Part shown: positions 1 through 11,868 of the stretch, one piece after another
Numbering within the stretch: position 1 is the stretch's first letter
Layout of the letters: each line of letters opens with the position of its first letter
From: Sphaeroforma arctica JP610
Lineage: Eukaryota
DNA length: 33,117 nucleotides
Assembly (NCBI RefSeq): GCF_001186125.1
Contig: NW_014040361.1
Coordinates: 10,232 to 43,348 of the forward strand
Direction: 5' to 3'
Made by a program: the position numbers and the translations under genes
The notes under the pieces: generated by a model
The model's database searches: none
The model's input: only the letters and a program-made list of their open reading frames with translations
Told to the model about the DNA's origin: nothing

Positions 1-924
1 CACATCGCAATAGACAACAGTCCACACACATCGCAATAAACAACAGTGCGCACACATCGCAATATACAACAGTCCACACACATCGCAACAAACAACAGTC
101 CACACACATCGCAATATACAACAGTCCACAAACATCGTAATATACAACAGTCCACACATCGTAATATACAACAGTCCACACATCGCAATAAACAACAGTC
201 CACACACATCGCAACAAACAACAGTCCACACACATCGCAACAAACAACAGTCCACACACATCGCAATAGACAACAGTCCACACACACCGCAATAAACAAC
301 AGTGCGCACACATCGCAATAAACAACAGTCCACACACATCGCAATATACAACAGTCCACACACATCGCAATATACAACAGTTTACACACATCGCAACAAA
401 CAACAGTCCGCACACATCGCAATAAACAACAGTCCGCACACATCGCAATATACAACAGTTCACACACATCGCAACAAACAACAGTCCACACACATCGCAA
501 TATACAACAGTCCACAAACATCGTAATATACAACAGTCCACACATCGCAATAAACAACAGTCCACACACATCGCAATAGACAACAGTCCACACACATCGC
601 AACAANNNNNNNNNNNNNNNNNNNNNNNNNNNNNNNNNNNNNNNNNNNNNNNNNNNNNNNNNNNNNNNNNNNNNNNNNNNNNNNNNNNNNNNNNNNNNNN
701 NNNNGTGCACACATCGCAACAAACAACAGTCCACACACATCGCAATAAACAACAGTCCACACACATCGTAATATACAACAGTCCACACACATCGCAATAA
801 ACAACAGTCCACACATCGCAACAAACAACAGTCCACACACATCGCAATAAACAACAGTCCACACACATCGCAACAAACAACAGTCCACACACATCGCAAC
901 AAACAACAGTCCACACACATCGCA
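1..924. repeat. 26-bp minisatellite (CACATCGCAATAAACAACAGTCCACA)n, interrupted by an N-gap at 606-704; probably intronic in the HisRS gene
   Basis: CACATCGC recurs at 1, 27, 53 and onward (period 26, with some 24-bp variants). The ORFs here are repeat translations. Confidence 0.95.
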
Positions 925-1362
925 TCTCTCTCACTCTCTCATTCCGTCTACTGTCTAGCATAGCAGCACATATAGCAGGAATACTGGATGACCATGAGAC
1001 TATTTACATTCACAAACAGATGCACCTTGGAACTGTTGGTCTTTTTGTGTTGTCTTGCTAGGTTTAGGGTTTAGAAGTTTATCATCTACCCCTCAACGAA
1101 CAACTCTCTGGGGTGAACGTTCTCAGACATGATCCATACACGCATGTATCTGCCACAGTAAGCACGTGTGAGTGTATGCTTATACGTTCGTCCCTCCGAT
1201 GGGTTGGGTGAAGTTCGGTACACCTACCTACCTGGTGTGAGCAGATTGTCCCGTTATTAGTCTCTCTTGTGTGTTTGCTTGCTGTGGCTGTACAGTTGGC
1301 TCGACTGATTCACACCCACTGCCCCTTCTCTTTGTTATCCCATGTGTCTGGTGTGGCCACAG

Positions 1363-3038
1363 GTTCGCAGACGACTGTGTTGGCGGGTGGTCGCTATAGT
1401 GACCTGGTGCGTGAGTTGGGGGGAACGGATATCTCTGGGGTGGGCTGGGCGGGCGGAGTAGAGCGCTTGCAGATACTGATTGACGAAGTGCATCCCAACT
1501 ATGTGCAGGACAACGGGTATGTGGGGGCTGAGGGGTGGGTATAGGACAGTGTCGGTTGAGGTTGGTAGTGAGGAATGTACCTACATATCAATGTATGTAT
1601 ATAGTAGTGCACTTGTATACCAGTGTGCTTATTATCTAGTCTGTTTACTGGTTTTCATGGAGACCCTGTTATATATGGCTACATAAACGCAGGAATGAAA
1701 CTGCTACATAGTGATTCCTCATACCCAATGGAGAGGCTATTTCTCCCGTGCTTGCCTACGCATACGCCATATATCGCCTATCTTTGCACAGACTGATCCC
1801 CACCAGAGGTCTGAGCACTAAACCACTAAAACTCTAAACCCTAAATCAGTACACCCTAAAAAAAGTATCCCCTAACGCCCTAAACCCCAAAACTTCAACC
1901 CTTAACCGTCTCCACAGGCTGATGCGCACCAGTGAAGTGGCCGTGTGCTCATTGGACGGTGCTGCATCGCACGTGCACTGTCTGCGACTGACCCAAACAC
2001 TGCGCGCTGCGGGTTACCGAACTGTCTTCAATCCAAGCAAGAGCCACTACAAACAGCTCGGGGCAGCGGACACGGCAGGCTGTCAGTATGCGGTAGGTCT
2101 ATTTGTATTGACTAATCCCTCCTGACAGCATGTATTGGTGTGGTAGTGTGAATGTATGTCTGTCCTGACAGCATGTATTGGTGTGGTAGTGTGTATGTAT
2201 GTCTGTCCTGACATCATGCATTGGTGTGGTAGTGTGAATGTATGTCTTTCCTGACAGCAAGTGCGAATGTATGTCTGTCCTGACAGCATGTATTGGTGTG
2301 GTAGTGTGAATGTATGTCTGTCTTCAATCCATGCACGAGCTACAGCAAACAGCTCAAGGCTAGCTGACAATAAATGGTAGGCCTATGTGTAATGACTAAA
2401 CCCTCCTGACAGCATGTATTGGTGTGGAAGTGTTAATATCTCTCCGTGCCATTGTGCGTGCGATTGCTTCTTTGTGATAGTGGATTCGTATTATTCTAAT
2501 ACCAGACTCAACTAGTACAACGAAGTGTGATTGTAGTGGCCCTTGCTGTGGTGGCGTGACAAATGATACGCCTAATGGTCATGCCTTTGCGAGGGTTGTT
2601 TGACGAGGGGGAAAGCAACACTCGAATACAATCGACACAATGCTATTGGTAGTACACCCGGATGATTGCAGATGCGCATATCATGTATTGTCCTGTTCAA
2701 AGTACAGCCAAGGTGGATGCAAATACCGCATAGTATATTAACTCCATGGCACTTTTTTTTCTTATATACATAGATATAGATATAGATTTATATATATATA
2801 TATATATATATTCGGCTTGTCTCTTTACTTGCGCCGAATTGCGTCAGTTTGCATTCATTTCTATTCCAATATAGCCAATGTATTGAACCTAAATACGACA
2901 ATCCTACAGCTACTGATTGGGAAAGACGAGGTAGAAGGATCGTCCGTATGCATCAAGGATCTACGCACAAGTGAACAGACAACGATACCACTACATGACG
3001 CAGTCACGTGGATTGGCCACCAACAACCGCTGAAATAA
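1363..3038 (+). CDS. hisS: Histidyl-tRNA synthetase, bacterial/organellar type; 3' portion only (5' exons not found, presumably upstream of the window)
   Basis: Exons 1363-1516, 1918-2092 and 2910-3038 have cag| acceptors, |gtatgt and |gtaggt donors, and matching phases. The translation GSQTTVLAGGRYSDLVRELGG..GVGWAGGVERL is the HisRS class II motif-3 region. LRAAG..KQLGAAD..YALLIGKDEVEGSSVCIKDLRTSEQ is the HGTP anticodon-binding domain. Confidence 0.9.
2121..2433. repeat. 43-bp intronic minisatellite plus a degenerate copy of the preceding exon end
   Basis: CCTGACA units start at 2121, 2164, 2207, 2250, 2279 and ~2405. Segment 2318-2433 resembles 2022-2150. Confidence 0.9.
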
Positions 3039-3427
3039 ACGAACAACAGTACTTCACCCATTTGTCTTGGATTTTTCGTTGTATAGGGTTCGGGTGTAAC
3101 TCTAGAAACCCTTGTTCTGGATATAGTGCTGCTACATACACATAACATTGTCAACCGTGTAATTCTTAACTGGCCTCGTACTGCGCCCATCGATAGGGTT
3201 TAGGGTTTAGTAGTGCACACATACACACCGCAGTTGGAAATAGCATTTATAGAAAATAGTACAATTTCAAACAAGAATGAATACACCTAACCAAACACAA
3301 TTTGACGAGTTTTAGAAAGCGTGCGACACGCATATACGCCTATTCATTTGTTGCGGCCAAGGCACGGGATGGGTTTTGAAGGTTTTTAATCCCAAAAGGA
3401 TGTATTATGGCATACATATAAAGGAGA

Positions 3428-3900
3428 GGGACTAGTCAAATGGACTAGTCATAGGGCTAGTCATAGGGTTAGTCAAATGGACTAGTCATAGGGCTAGTCA
3501 AATGGACCAGTCAAATGGACTAGTCATAGGGCTAGTCAAATGGAACAGTCAAATGGACTAGTCATAGGGCTAGTCAAATGGACCAGTCAAATGGACTAGT
3601 CATAGGGCTAGTCAAATGGAACAGTCAAATGGACTAGTCATAGGGCTAGTCAAATGGACCTGTCAAATGGACTAGTCATAGGGTTAGTCAAATGTGGACT
3701 AGTCATAGGGCTAGTCAAATGGACCTGTCAAATGGACTAGTCATAGGGTTAGTCAAATGGACCAGTCAAATGGACTAGTCATAGGGCTAGTCAAATAGAC
3801 GAGTGATTTGCGCTACGTACGAAGGACTATTCAAATCACTAATGGACTAGTCATTTGTGCTACGTACGAAGGACTATTCAAATCACAAATGGACTAGTCC
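3428..3900. repeat. Tandem array of 12-13-bp units built on the palindrome GACTAGTC (GGACTAGTCAAAT / GGGCTAGTCATA)
   Basis: Directly visible, with a higher-order ~38-bp period. It ends in two copies of GCTACGTACGAAGGACTATTCAAATCAC. Confidence 0.92.
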
Positions 3901-6092
3901 TTAAGCTAATGTCCGGCTGCCGGCTGCCAAATAGCAACCCAACCCTGCGAGTCTCACGCTGCCATATGTTATGGTAACCTGCTTTCTGCGGATCTCACTC
4001 CCTGATATTTAAGAGCTTATTACAGTGTGAGACAGTTGTATTGTGCGGCAAGACTTCGTATTCCTTGGACAATGAATATTTCTGGACTTATTCGAACTGA
4101 CAGATGACGGGGATGCATCCACCAGCAGTACCACAACACAGACGCTCATATTTTAGTTTGCTCGTGTTTAAGGGTTTTTGGGGTTTCATCTGCTGTGAGT
4201 ATATCTTTTAAAAGCTAATAACATGAAACGCTATCTTACGAAATACCACAGATCTCAACGCGCTCATGTGATTGGATTGTCATATAACGATCACACAGAT
4301 TTAAACAATAGAGATGCACAGATCTTGTTCCTCAAACTGGTTAGGATTTCTCGTTCAGGTTTCGGGTTCCAGTTCCAGACTCCAGCATTCAAATTATAAG
4401 GTCTAAGCTCCAATAAATGAAACAGAATTCAATAAACAATTCAAACTTTATGGTAGCGGTGCGAGTCCCGTCTTCTCGTGACGCGTAGCCATTCGAGATA
4501 CACAGATTTCAAAATATTCAATATTTTCTGCCATTTCAAAAATTCGGGAACACGTAAAATAAAATGAAATGACTATCGCGCATATCGTGAACAGTCTCAA
4601 AGCGATTGCAAATACCTCGACTAATCTGTGGTATTGAGATCTCAAAATGTGAATCTCATGAAATCTCAAGTGAGCATTCCGACTATTGCCACACCGTGTG
4701 TGGCTTGGCCCTTATGCGTTCATGCGTGCACATTACTATATACGTACGTTTACATATAGATCAAACCAAACATTACTATAGGCATACATAATACCTGAGA
4801 AGACATGTTCAGGCATTCAAGATGACGGCTCCATGCGTACACCGTTGCAACTCCGACAACAACATTACAGCCCGGGGGGTCCCAAACATCTTCCTACAAC
4901 GACCTACAAGCGACAACGGGCGATCAGAGAACCACAGCAACACAGATTCGGCACACCATCAGCATACGGCATCGGATGTGTGTGCCGGTGCGACGGAACA
5001 GCACGATGGATTGCGCACTATGAAAAGCAACTGTGACTTATGGACTTCTGCCGATGCGATCAAGTTGAGAAAATCTCCTACCAGAAGGGAGGGACTTAAT
5101 CTTATGTGTCTTGAAATGAAATGACGAACGGTGGTGGCGCCTTACTGGTGCAGCATGTTTATTGAATGAGTTACGACTGCAAAGCCCTAAGAGACGGGAT
5201 AGTAGGATGGCACGGTGCGCCGTTCTCACCACAACGAGCTGACCGTGTGACTCACACATGTGGTGGGGTGCACATCTCACCAAGTGAATCAAGGCATATT
5301 GTAGAAGAAGAAAAGTATACGCCAGATGGAGAGATGGAACGCGAAATAAAGGACTATTGAAATACATATGAACTGTGCAATGTTCTGTAATCTTTTAGTT
5401 ACAAATCAGCTTTGGTCGAACTAATATGTTGTCTACAGATCCACACTACCGCATACATTCGGAGTTATTCAATCAAGCCTACGGCGACCTGAACCTCGCA
5501 TTTCTGACTGAGAATCCCATTCTTACACGAGCAATCAGGTGCCCTATTACCAACCTCGCAGTCCCACATATGTTCCAGAATAGTCGCGTGGACCAAAAAG
5601 GAGAACTCATGGCACTACTGTTGCCCACTATAAGCTGTTCATGCGACGACAATAGTGATCCCGAAGAAATGTCACAAAGTAGTTATATAACATACAATAT
5701 ATATTTCACAGCGGGTTTTTTTACTGTGGTAAGGGCACGAACACCCGGAATTATATACATATATTAAACTACAACCTAAATATAGGTTAAACTCTGCAAC
5801 CCGTGGTGCGTATTCTGAGGATCATTCGATGCCGAAGTAAAAGACAAGATCATCTAGAGCACATTCACCCACTCGGTTCTAAACTTCTCCTCGTGTTTAA
5901 ACATCCGAAACGTAGTTCGCGCACCGGCCCATCATGTACTCGATACATTTGAACTAAATATGCGTTCGGGTTGATGTTAAAGAATATTATTAACTTGTTC
6001 AACTGATTTTTGATGCTGACCCCAACTTATCGAAAATATCACCGATGATTTCATTTTAAAACGAAGGTAGACCGGAGCATATCATCAAAAGT

Positions 6093-6497
6093 TTAGCAGA
6101 CTGCCTTGTTGTCACGGGCTCTCAATTGATCTTTGCGCATGGGCATCGCATCAATAAGATCAAACAATTCGTCTAACAACTCAGCATCATCGGATGACTT
6201 CTTCTTTCCCCCATCGAACCCCACCAGCCACAAGCCCTCGCCGTTCACAAAGCCGGGTGTATCATACAGATTGTTCTGGCCGTCCACAAAGTAGATGGTC
6301 TTCATACTTCTATCGGCCATATCGCATTCATTATCTTCTACGAATGATTTTGTAGTTTCGTATAGATCGCTCTCTGTGTCACTGACAGAGGCGACCAACA
6401 ACCGATTTTTCCACTTTCGACTATTGATGTCTTTCTTGGCTTCGGCCATAGGCATGGCGACCAGTGCTAGGGCAATGACACAGAGTGTGTTCAACAT
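6093..6497 (-). CDS. Secreted DUF4174-family protein (thioredoxin-like fold), intronless, 134 aa
   Basis: The hydrophobic N-terminus MLNTLCVIALALVAMPMAEA looks like a signal peptide. Motifs KWKNRLLV, DR, LWLVGFDGGKK and ELFDLIDAMPMR match the recalled DUF4174 consensus (W..R.L.., L.G.DG..K, LF..ID.MPMR). The start context is AAAAATG. Confidence 0.88.
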   Translation of the reverse strand: MLNTLCVIALALVAMPMAEAKKDINSRKWKNRLLVASVSDTESDLYETTKSFVEDNECDMADRSMKTIYFVDGQNNLYDTPGFVNGEGLWLVGFDGGKKKSSDDAELLDELFDLIDAMPMRKDQLRARDNKAVC

Positions 6498-7177
6498 TTT
6501 TGCATATGTCTATTACAAATAGTCTTTGAATGGTGAGGCCTACAAATGTGCCCACTATGACCACAGCATGCTGTTTTAAATATCTGGTGGAGACATCCCG
6601 TCGATCAGGTATCAATTCTACAGTACATACGATATTCTCATAGTTGCTAAAACTTGCTGAACTATACAGAGTGAATATTTACATTAAATACAAGCTAACA
6701 CTTTAATGTAATTCACAGGAATGTAATGATATTCATGCGCAGTCGTACCCCTCATTCTAATGATTTCATTGGTGTGTTGGTGCTGACTTTTATCATCTGC
6801 GGCGTAATCAAAATTCGACCACACAAACTATAGCCCTTTAAAAATTAAATAATACACAAACCCCAACTAAAATAGTAAAAGCCTATACTCACTTATTTGA
6901 CATAACCCTAAAGCTGTATATAAAGAAGTACGGTACTTTGCAACGTCCTCGATCCCCAAAGGGCAATAAATAGATGAATAGATTCATAAGATATTCTGTA
7001 TTTCTGTGTAAATATGCAGACTCTCAGAACCGCAGGCAAGTCAGCACGAGCAGACACGCGCCACACAAGGTGCATGCACAATACATACATTCCCATGTAA
7101 CGAATAAACACTTGAATACACAATCCTCGCTCAGAAACATGCCCACGCGTGTATGCACGACATTTCAATCACGCACA

Positions 7178-7304
7178 TATATATAATATAGGCTTGCTTT
7201 TAGATTGGCGTTTTCCTTGATGTACTTTATATATAATGAAAAAAAAATTCTTGAAGTACGTATATATAATATAAGCTTGCTTTTATATTGGCGTTTTCCT
7301 GGAT
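7178..7304. repeat. 44-bp direct repeat, each copy with TATATAA and ATTGG (reverse CCAAT), in the divergent intergenic region; possible promoter
   Basis: 7178-7221 TATATATAATATAGGCTTGCTTTTAGATTGGCGTTTTCCTTGAT versus 7261-7304 TATATATAATATAAGCTTGCTTTTATATTGGCGTTTTCCTGGAT. The promoter role is inference. Confidence 0.7.
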
Positions 7305-7379
7305 ATGTTATACTTGTCTGTACCTAATCTCACAGACATATACAATCTCTCACACTGAGTTAAGTTATTTAACCTCATT

Positions 7380-7591
7380 ATGTTGGCGTATAGCCAATAT
7401 TCAGTTGGGCTGATGCAACCTCACATCCCATCTATCCGGTACACTGCAAAGTATATGAGGACCACCAGACACTGCTCAACGCTCAGGCCGAGTATGTGTA
7501 ATACTAATATAAGCTTAGGTAGTAGATCCATAGATAGTAGAGCGTCTGCTAGTTTGCAGAGGCTGTCGCCCCTGAGATACTTCAGACGAAG
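7380..7591 (+). CDS. Candidate first exon of the Nudix gene (Arg/Ser-rich, resembles an organellar presequence)
   Basis: The open frame from ATG 7380 (or the later MRTTRH) runs to AGA CGA AG|gtgtgt at 7591. This phase-2 donor matches the acceptor at 8552. A GTGTGT donor is also used at 28900 on the minus strand. Confidence 0.4.
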
Positions 7592-7991
7592 GTGTGTGCT
7601 TCTTGGTGTGTGCTTCATGGCGTGTGCAGTGGTGCAATGGTTCGGGTGGCACAAAATAGATTGGCCTCAAAGCATACTCATCAGCATGTAGCAATGTTCG
7701 TGACCGAATCCCATTCTGGAAATGGGGAGCTTGATATAACGCTCATACTCATTGAGTGATATATGTTAGAGTACCATCTGTTTTTTTAGTGCTTTGCATC
7801 TGACACATACGCTCATGCGTGTACGAGGATACCTTTGGCAAAAACATTAGCCAGGCCATATATACCTACATGAATAAACGCCAAACACTGCTACAATGAG
7901 AAGTAATTTATGAATACATGTTGTGTGTGATGCGTCTAATGCAGTTGTGTAAAGGGTACCTTCCAAGCCTAAGGAGCGAATTGTTTACCTA

Positions 7992-8205
<214 letters not shown>

Positions 8206-8551
8206 TTGTTAACGAGGACGGGGGGAAGGGTGAAGTGGGCGTTTTTGCAGAGTAACTGCATCTGTCCAATTTGCTCCAAATCTCCATCACACTATTACTG
8301 TATGTGACTTCCATAACAGTACAGTCACACTCGAACAATTCCCTCTTTCACGCTGGAGAGTCAGTGAAAGTTCACAATCAACTGTGTACTACTGATATTA
8401 TTGATGTACATTTATGTACTGATATCATCGATGTACATTTGTGTATTTATATTATTGATGTACATTTAATTATTATATCATTGATGTACATTTATGTACT
8501 GATATCATTGTTGTACATCTGTGCATTTATACCTTCTCTTTGGCTTTACAG

Positions 8552-9876
8552 TCATGTGAATTCACCCGAGAACTGGAAAGAACATTCGCACCACAATGAC
8601 ACCGCGGCTATTTCCGCAGCAACGGGTGAGTTGTGTCGGTTGTCCTTAGTCGGGATACTCTGTCCCGAAACGTTCGTCTGAGTGTGACTTGTGTTCATAT
8701 CACTCTCATATGTTCATATCACTCTCATGTGTTCATATCACTCTCATGCGTTCATATCACTCTCGTGTGTTCATATCACTCTCGTGTGTTCATATCACTC
8801 TCGTGTGTTCATATAGCTCTCGTGTGTTCATATCACTATCTTGTGTATAATATGTTAATATCATCGTGATTGATTACGACAGCCGTTCAGAGTTTATTAA
8901 AGCATATTACGATGCAATTGCCCTTTTCCACACTTACTGCGATAGAAACAACCGTGTGAATAAGGACATATCTGCACACACACAGTGTCTGTATAGGCAT
9001 CATGCAACACACATAGCAGAGAACACCCTAAACCCTAAACTTACAACACCTGGCCTTCGGTCCTTGAGCTGGTATAGTAGATATGTTACGGCTGTGTGCA
9101 ATCTCAGTGCTTTCAGCCGCGGTAGTTGGGATACAATACCACAAACACCCTTTGTTCAACCTGATAATCCATCGAATTTCTGGCACTATGGACAACTACA
9201 CCCCTCAAACCCTAAACCCTAAACCTAAACACAGTGCTGCTCATCAGAGACGGCGCAGATGGCCTCGAGACGTTGCTGCTGCGCAAAAACGCAAAGATCA
9301 CATTTGGCGGGATGTGGGTCTATCCAGGAGGCAAGGTGGACGACGACGATCGCATAGGTCTACAGCCGCACGACGATATAACCGCAGCCCGTCGAGCGGC
9401 TGCGAGAGAGGTGGGTAGTTTAAGGGAGTTAGGCATAGTGTAGGTACGTTGTCTGTATAATTTGTGGATGGCTGGGTGGGTGATGTAGGTATATGTATAG
9501 TGTAGTGGGGTAATGGTGATGGTATCACTGTTGTCTGCACCAACCCAATGCGTAATTCTTTGAGTATAGGAACTATTATATCACTGTCATCTATATAAAC
9601 CCTAACCCTAGAACCCTACTACATTGGTGCCCTGTACCTTTCAGACAGAAGAAGAAACTGGGCTGAAAGTGGACATTGATCTCATGCTCCCGTTTGCACA
9701 CTGGCGACCGCCCAACAAAGTGCTGCCCAGAGTGTACCTGACATGGTTCCTGTTGGCTCCTGCTCCGAAAGGTAACTGTCCTCCGAGAGTGCGTTTGTGT
9801 GTATGTGCATTGTACACCTATGTGTGTGCGTGTCCGTGTGTGTATGTGTGTGTGTGTGTGTGACAGTGTATATGTC

Positions 9877-9915
<39 letters not shown>

Positions 9916-10563
9916 ATATATATATATATATGTATGTATATATATATATTGTGTCTGTGTGCGCGCGCGTTTGTATGCGTGTGTGTACGTGAAAGTCGCA
10001 TATCGATTGAATCAGATTAGCACGCATTCACGCGCGATCGTTCATCGTCCTTTCCATATACACATACTCTCTCTCTCTCTCTCATCCTTCTGTTTAATTC
10101 ACATACTCTCTCTTGCACGCTTTCATTCTTACACCTGCTGTGTGCAACCCATCAACCAGATTGTGAAGTAACAATAGACGATGGAGAGATCTTGGAGTAT
10201 GCGTGGATGTCACCGCAGGGAGCCATAGACAAACGCAACAGAGGTGAGATAGAACTAGCACCGCCCACATACGTCAGTCTGCTGGACATGAGCCAATGGC
10301 ACACAGTGCGTGAAGCCATGGACGCGGTACGACAGCGCACCCCCGAGCACTACGAGACCCAGTTTTCTCGGGTGCAGGTGCAGGTGCAGTCGGGTGTCCC
10401 TGGAGAAGAAAACGGACAGGCGGGGCACGGGGAGGGACTAAAGAAGGACCAAGTGGTGCTACTGTGGCATGGAGATGAGCACTTTACCCCTTTCGACGGT
10501 GTGGTGGGTGCGAGACATCGCATGACCATGGGCAAGGAGTGGATATATCAGCGTAATATTTGA
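8552..10563 (+). CDS. Nudix hydrolase, NUDT19-like (acyl-CoA diphosphatase-related) subfamily
   Basis: Exons 8552-8625, 9235-9410, 9645-9771 and 10160-10563 are GT-AG and phase-consistent. The protein reads SAATVLLIRDGADGLETLLLRK..FGGMWVYPGGKVDDDD..AARRAAARE|TEEETGL..FAHWRPP..YLTWFLLA..DGEI..WMSP..LAPPT. This is a Nudix box with the insertion and the W.TP/TWF/L.PPT-type motifs of this subfamily. Confidence 0.88.
8690..8838. repeat. 19-bp intronic minisatellite (TGTTCATATCACTCTCRTR)
   Basis: Units at 8692, 8711 and onward, about 8 copies. A looser ~25-30-bp repeat (ATTGATGTACATT) lies at 8385-8520. Confidence 0.9.
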
Positions 10564-11868
10564 GGCATAATCAACTTGTAAATAGATGCTAGATTTAGGA
10601 CTTAAATAGGACAGAAATAAAACAGATATAGGACCGATTGGGACCGCTGTTTATTAAATTGCTGTGTGCTGTGTTCCAGCGAGCTGAGATTGAGGGTTTG
10701 TTTTCGCTGCCACTGCATATTTCAAGTGCGGCTGCAGTATGCATGCAGCTCCGACACCGGCGATGGGAATACAGGCCACAACCAAATGATCATCGTTTAC
10801 TACTGCGCTGGCGCGCTCACTAGTAAAATGCACCGTCAGTTGACTATCGAAAAGTTTAAGTATTCGTGCTGATATCCAATTTGCATGTACCCTTAGATGC
10901 CTTTGGCAAGCAAATGATGAAGCAAAGGGCGAGGGTATTCACAACGAAACTTGTTAACTGTCGCTGTGATTGTGTAAATTAAGCATCACGGTGAATCGTA
11001 GCTGCGAAGTTAAAAACATGTGTGAATATAATACATATGATCACTGTTGCCCTGCTATTTAAACTATTGAATCACCAACACAGTTGTGCTCGTGGGGTAG
11101 CGCATGGTCTACTCTGCCTGGCTTAATCATCAACTATGCTCACCGAGCCAGTGCGCAAAAGTGTAATTGAATACCCAACTAATACACATTCATTTTTTTT
11201 AAATATATAAAAACAGCTTACAAGAAGAAAAATTGTCATGACCTTCCGAACCAGGCAAGGGCCAAGAAAAGACGAGAAATTTGTTTCAAAAGCAACAGAT
11301 AGATTATATCGTACTCCGTCACCGAACTAGATTCATATCACGAGCTATAAAAGAAATTTTGCCTGTAGCGCTTCACGTCGTCGATGAACAAGAAGCATTC
11401 TATCAGGTCTCTCAACAAATACGAAACCAGGCGATCTATACTGAGAGAACCACGATCAATACCTTTTAATAATTGCTGAAATATGGGCCGTATACAGGCT
11501 GTTGTATCAATTTATGCAATATACACAACTTGTAATCAGATCAATTGATTACACTCCAAAACACTGTGCGCTGGTTTATGGGGTTATAAGGGATACAATC
11601 GAGCGGCCTGAGATACTCACCAAAGTCCTGGGGAGTAAGCGATTTATACAGAGTGGATTGAACTTCCTGTTTGAGTCTTATCTGCTACCCTACATCTACC
11701 CGCTCTTATATCGTTGTTTCTTAACTTGGGAATTCGGCACAGTACAGCTTAACGACACCTACGTGTGTGTTTGGCGTCGTCCGTAGATTCTTGTCTTGGT
11801 GATGATCTTCCCGTGTTCTTCTTTGTTCTTCCGTTATATTTGCTTTGTCTCGCGACAGTCATACTTGT

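Noticed and set aside
46..918. ORFs of 74-152 aa in the first kilobase
   Set aside because: Translations of the 26-bp minisatellite.
4974..5020. CVCRCDGTARWIAH resembling a RINGv fragment
   Set aside because: The other zinc ligands are absent and the spacing is off.
7421..7654. Minus-strand ORF with HTPRST resembling the tyrosine recombinase HxxR motif
   Set aside because: No downstream LGH or catalytic Tyr pattern; a four-residue match is expected by chance.
11238..11786. Plus-strand ORFs 11281-11469 and 11502-11786
   Set aside because: No recognisable motif, non-ATG starts, and no convincing splice model.
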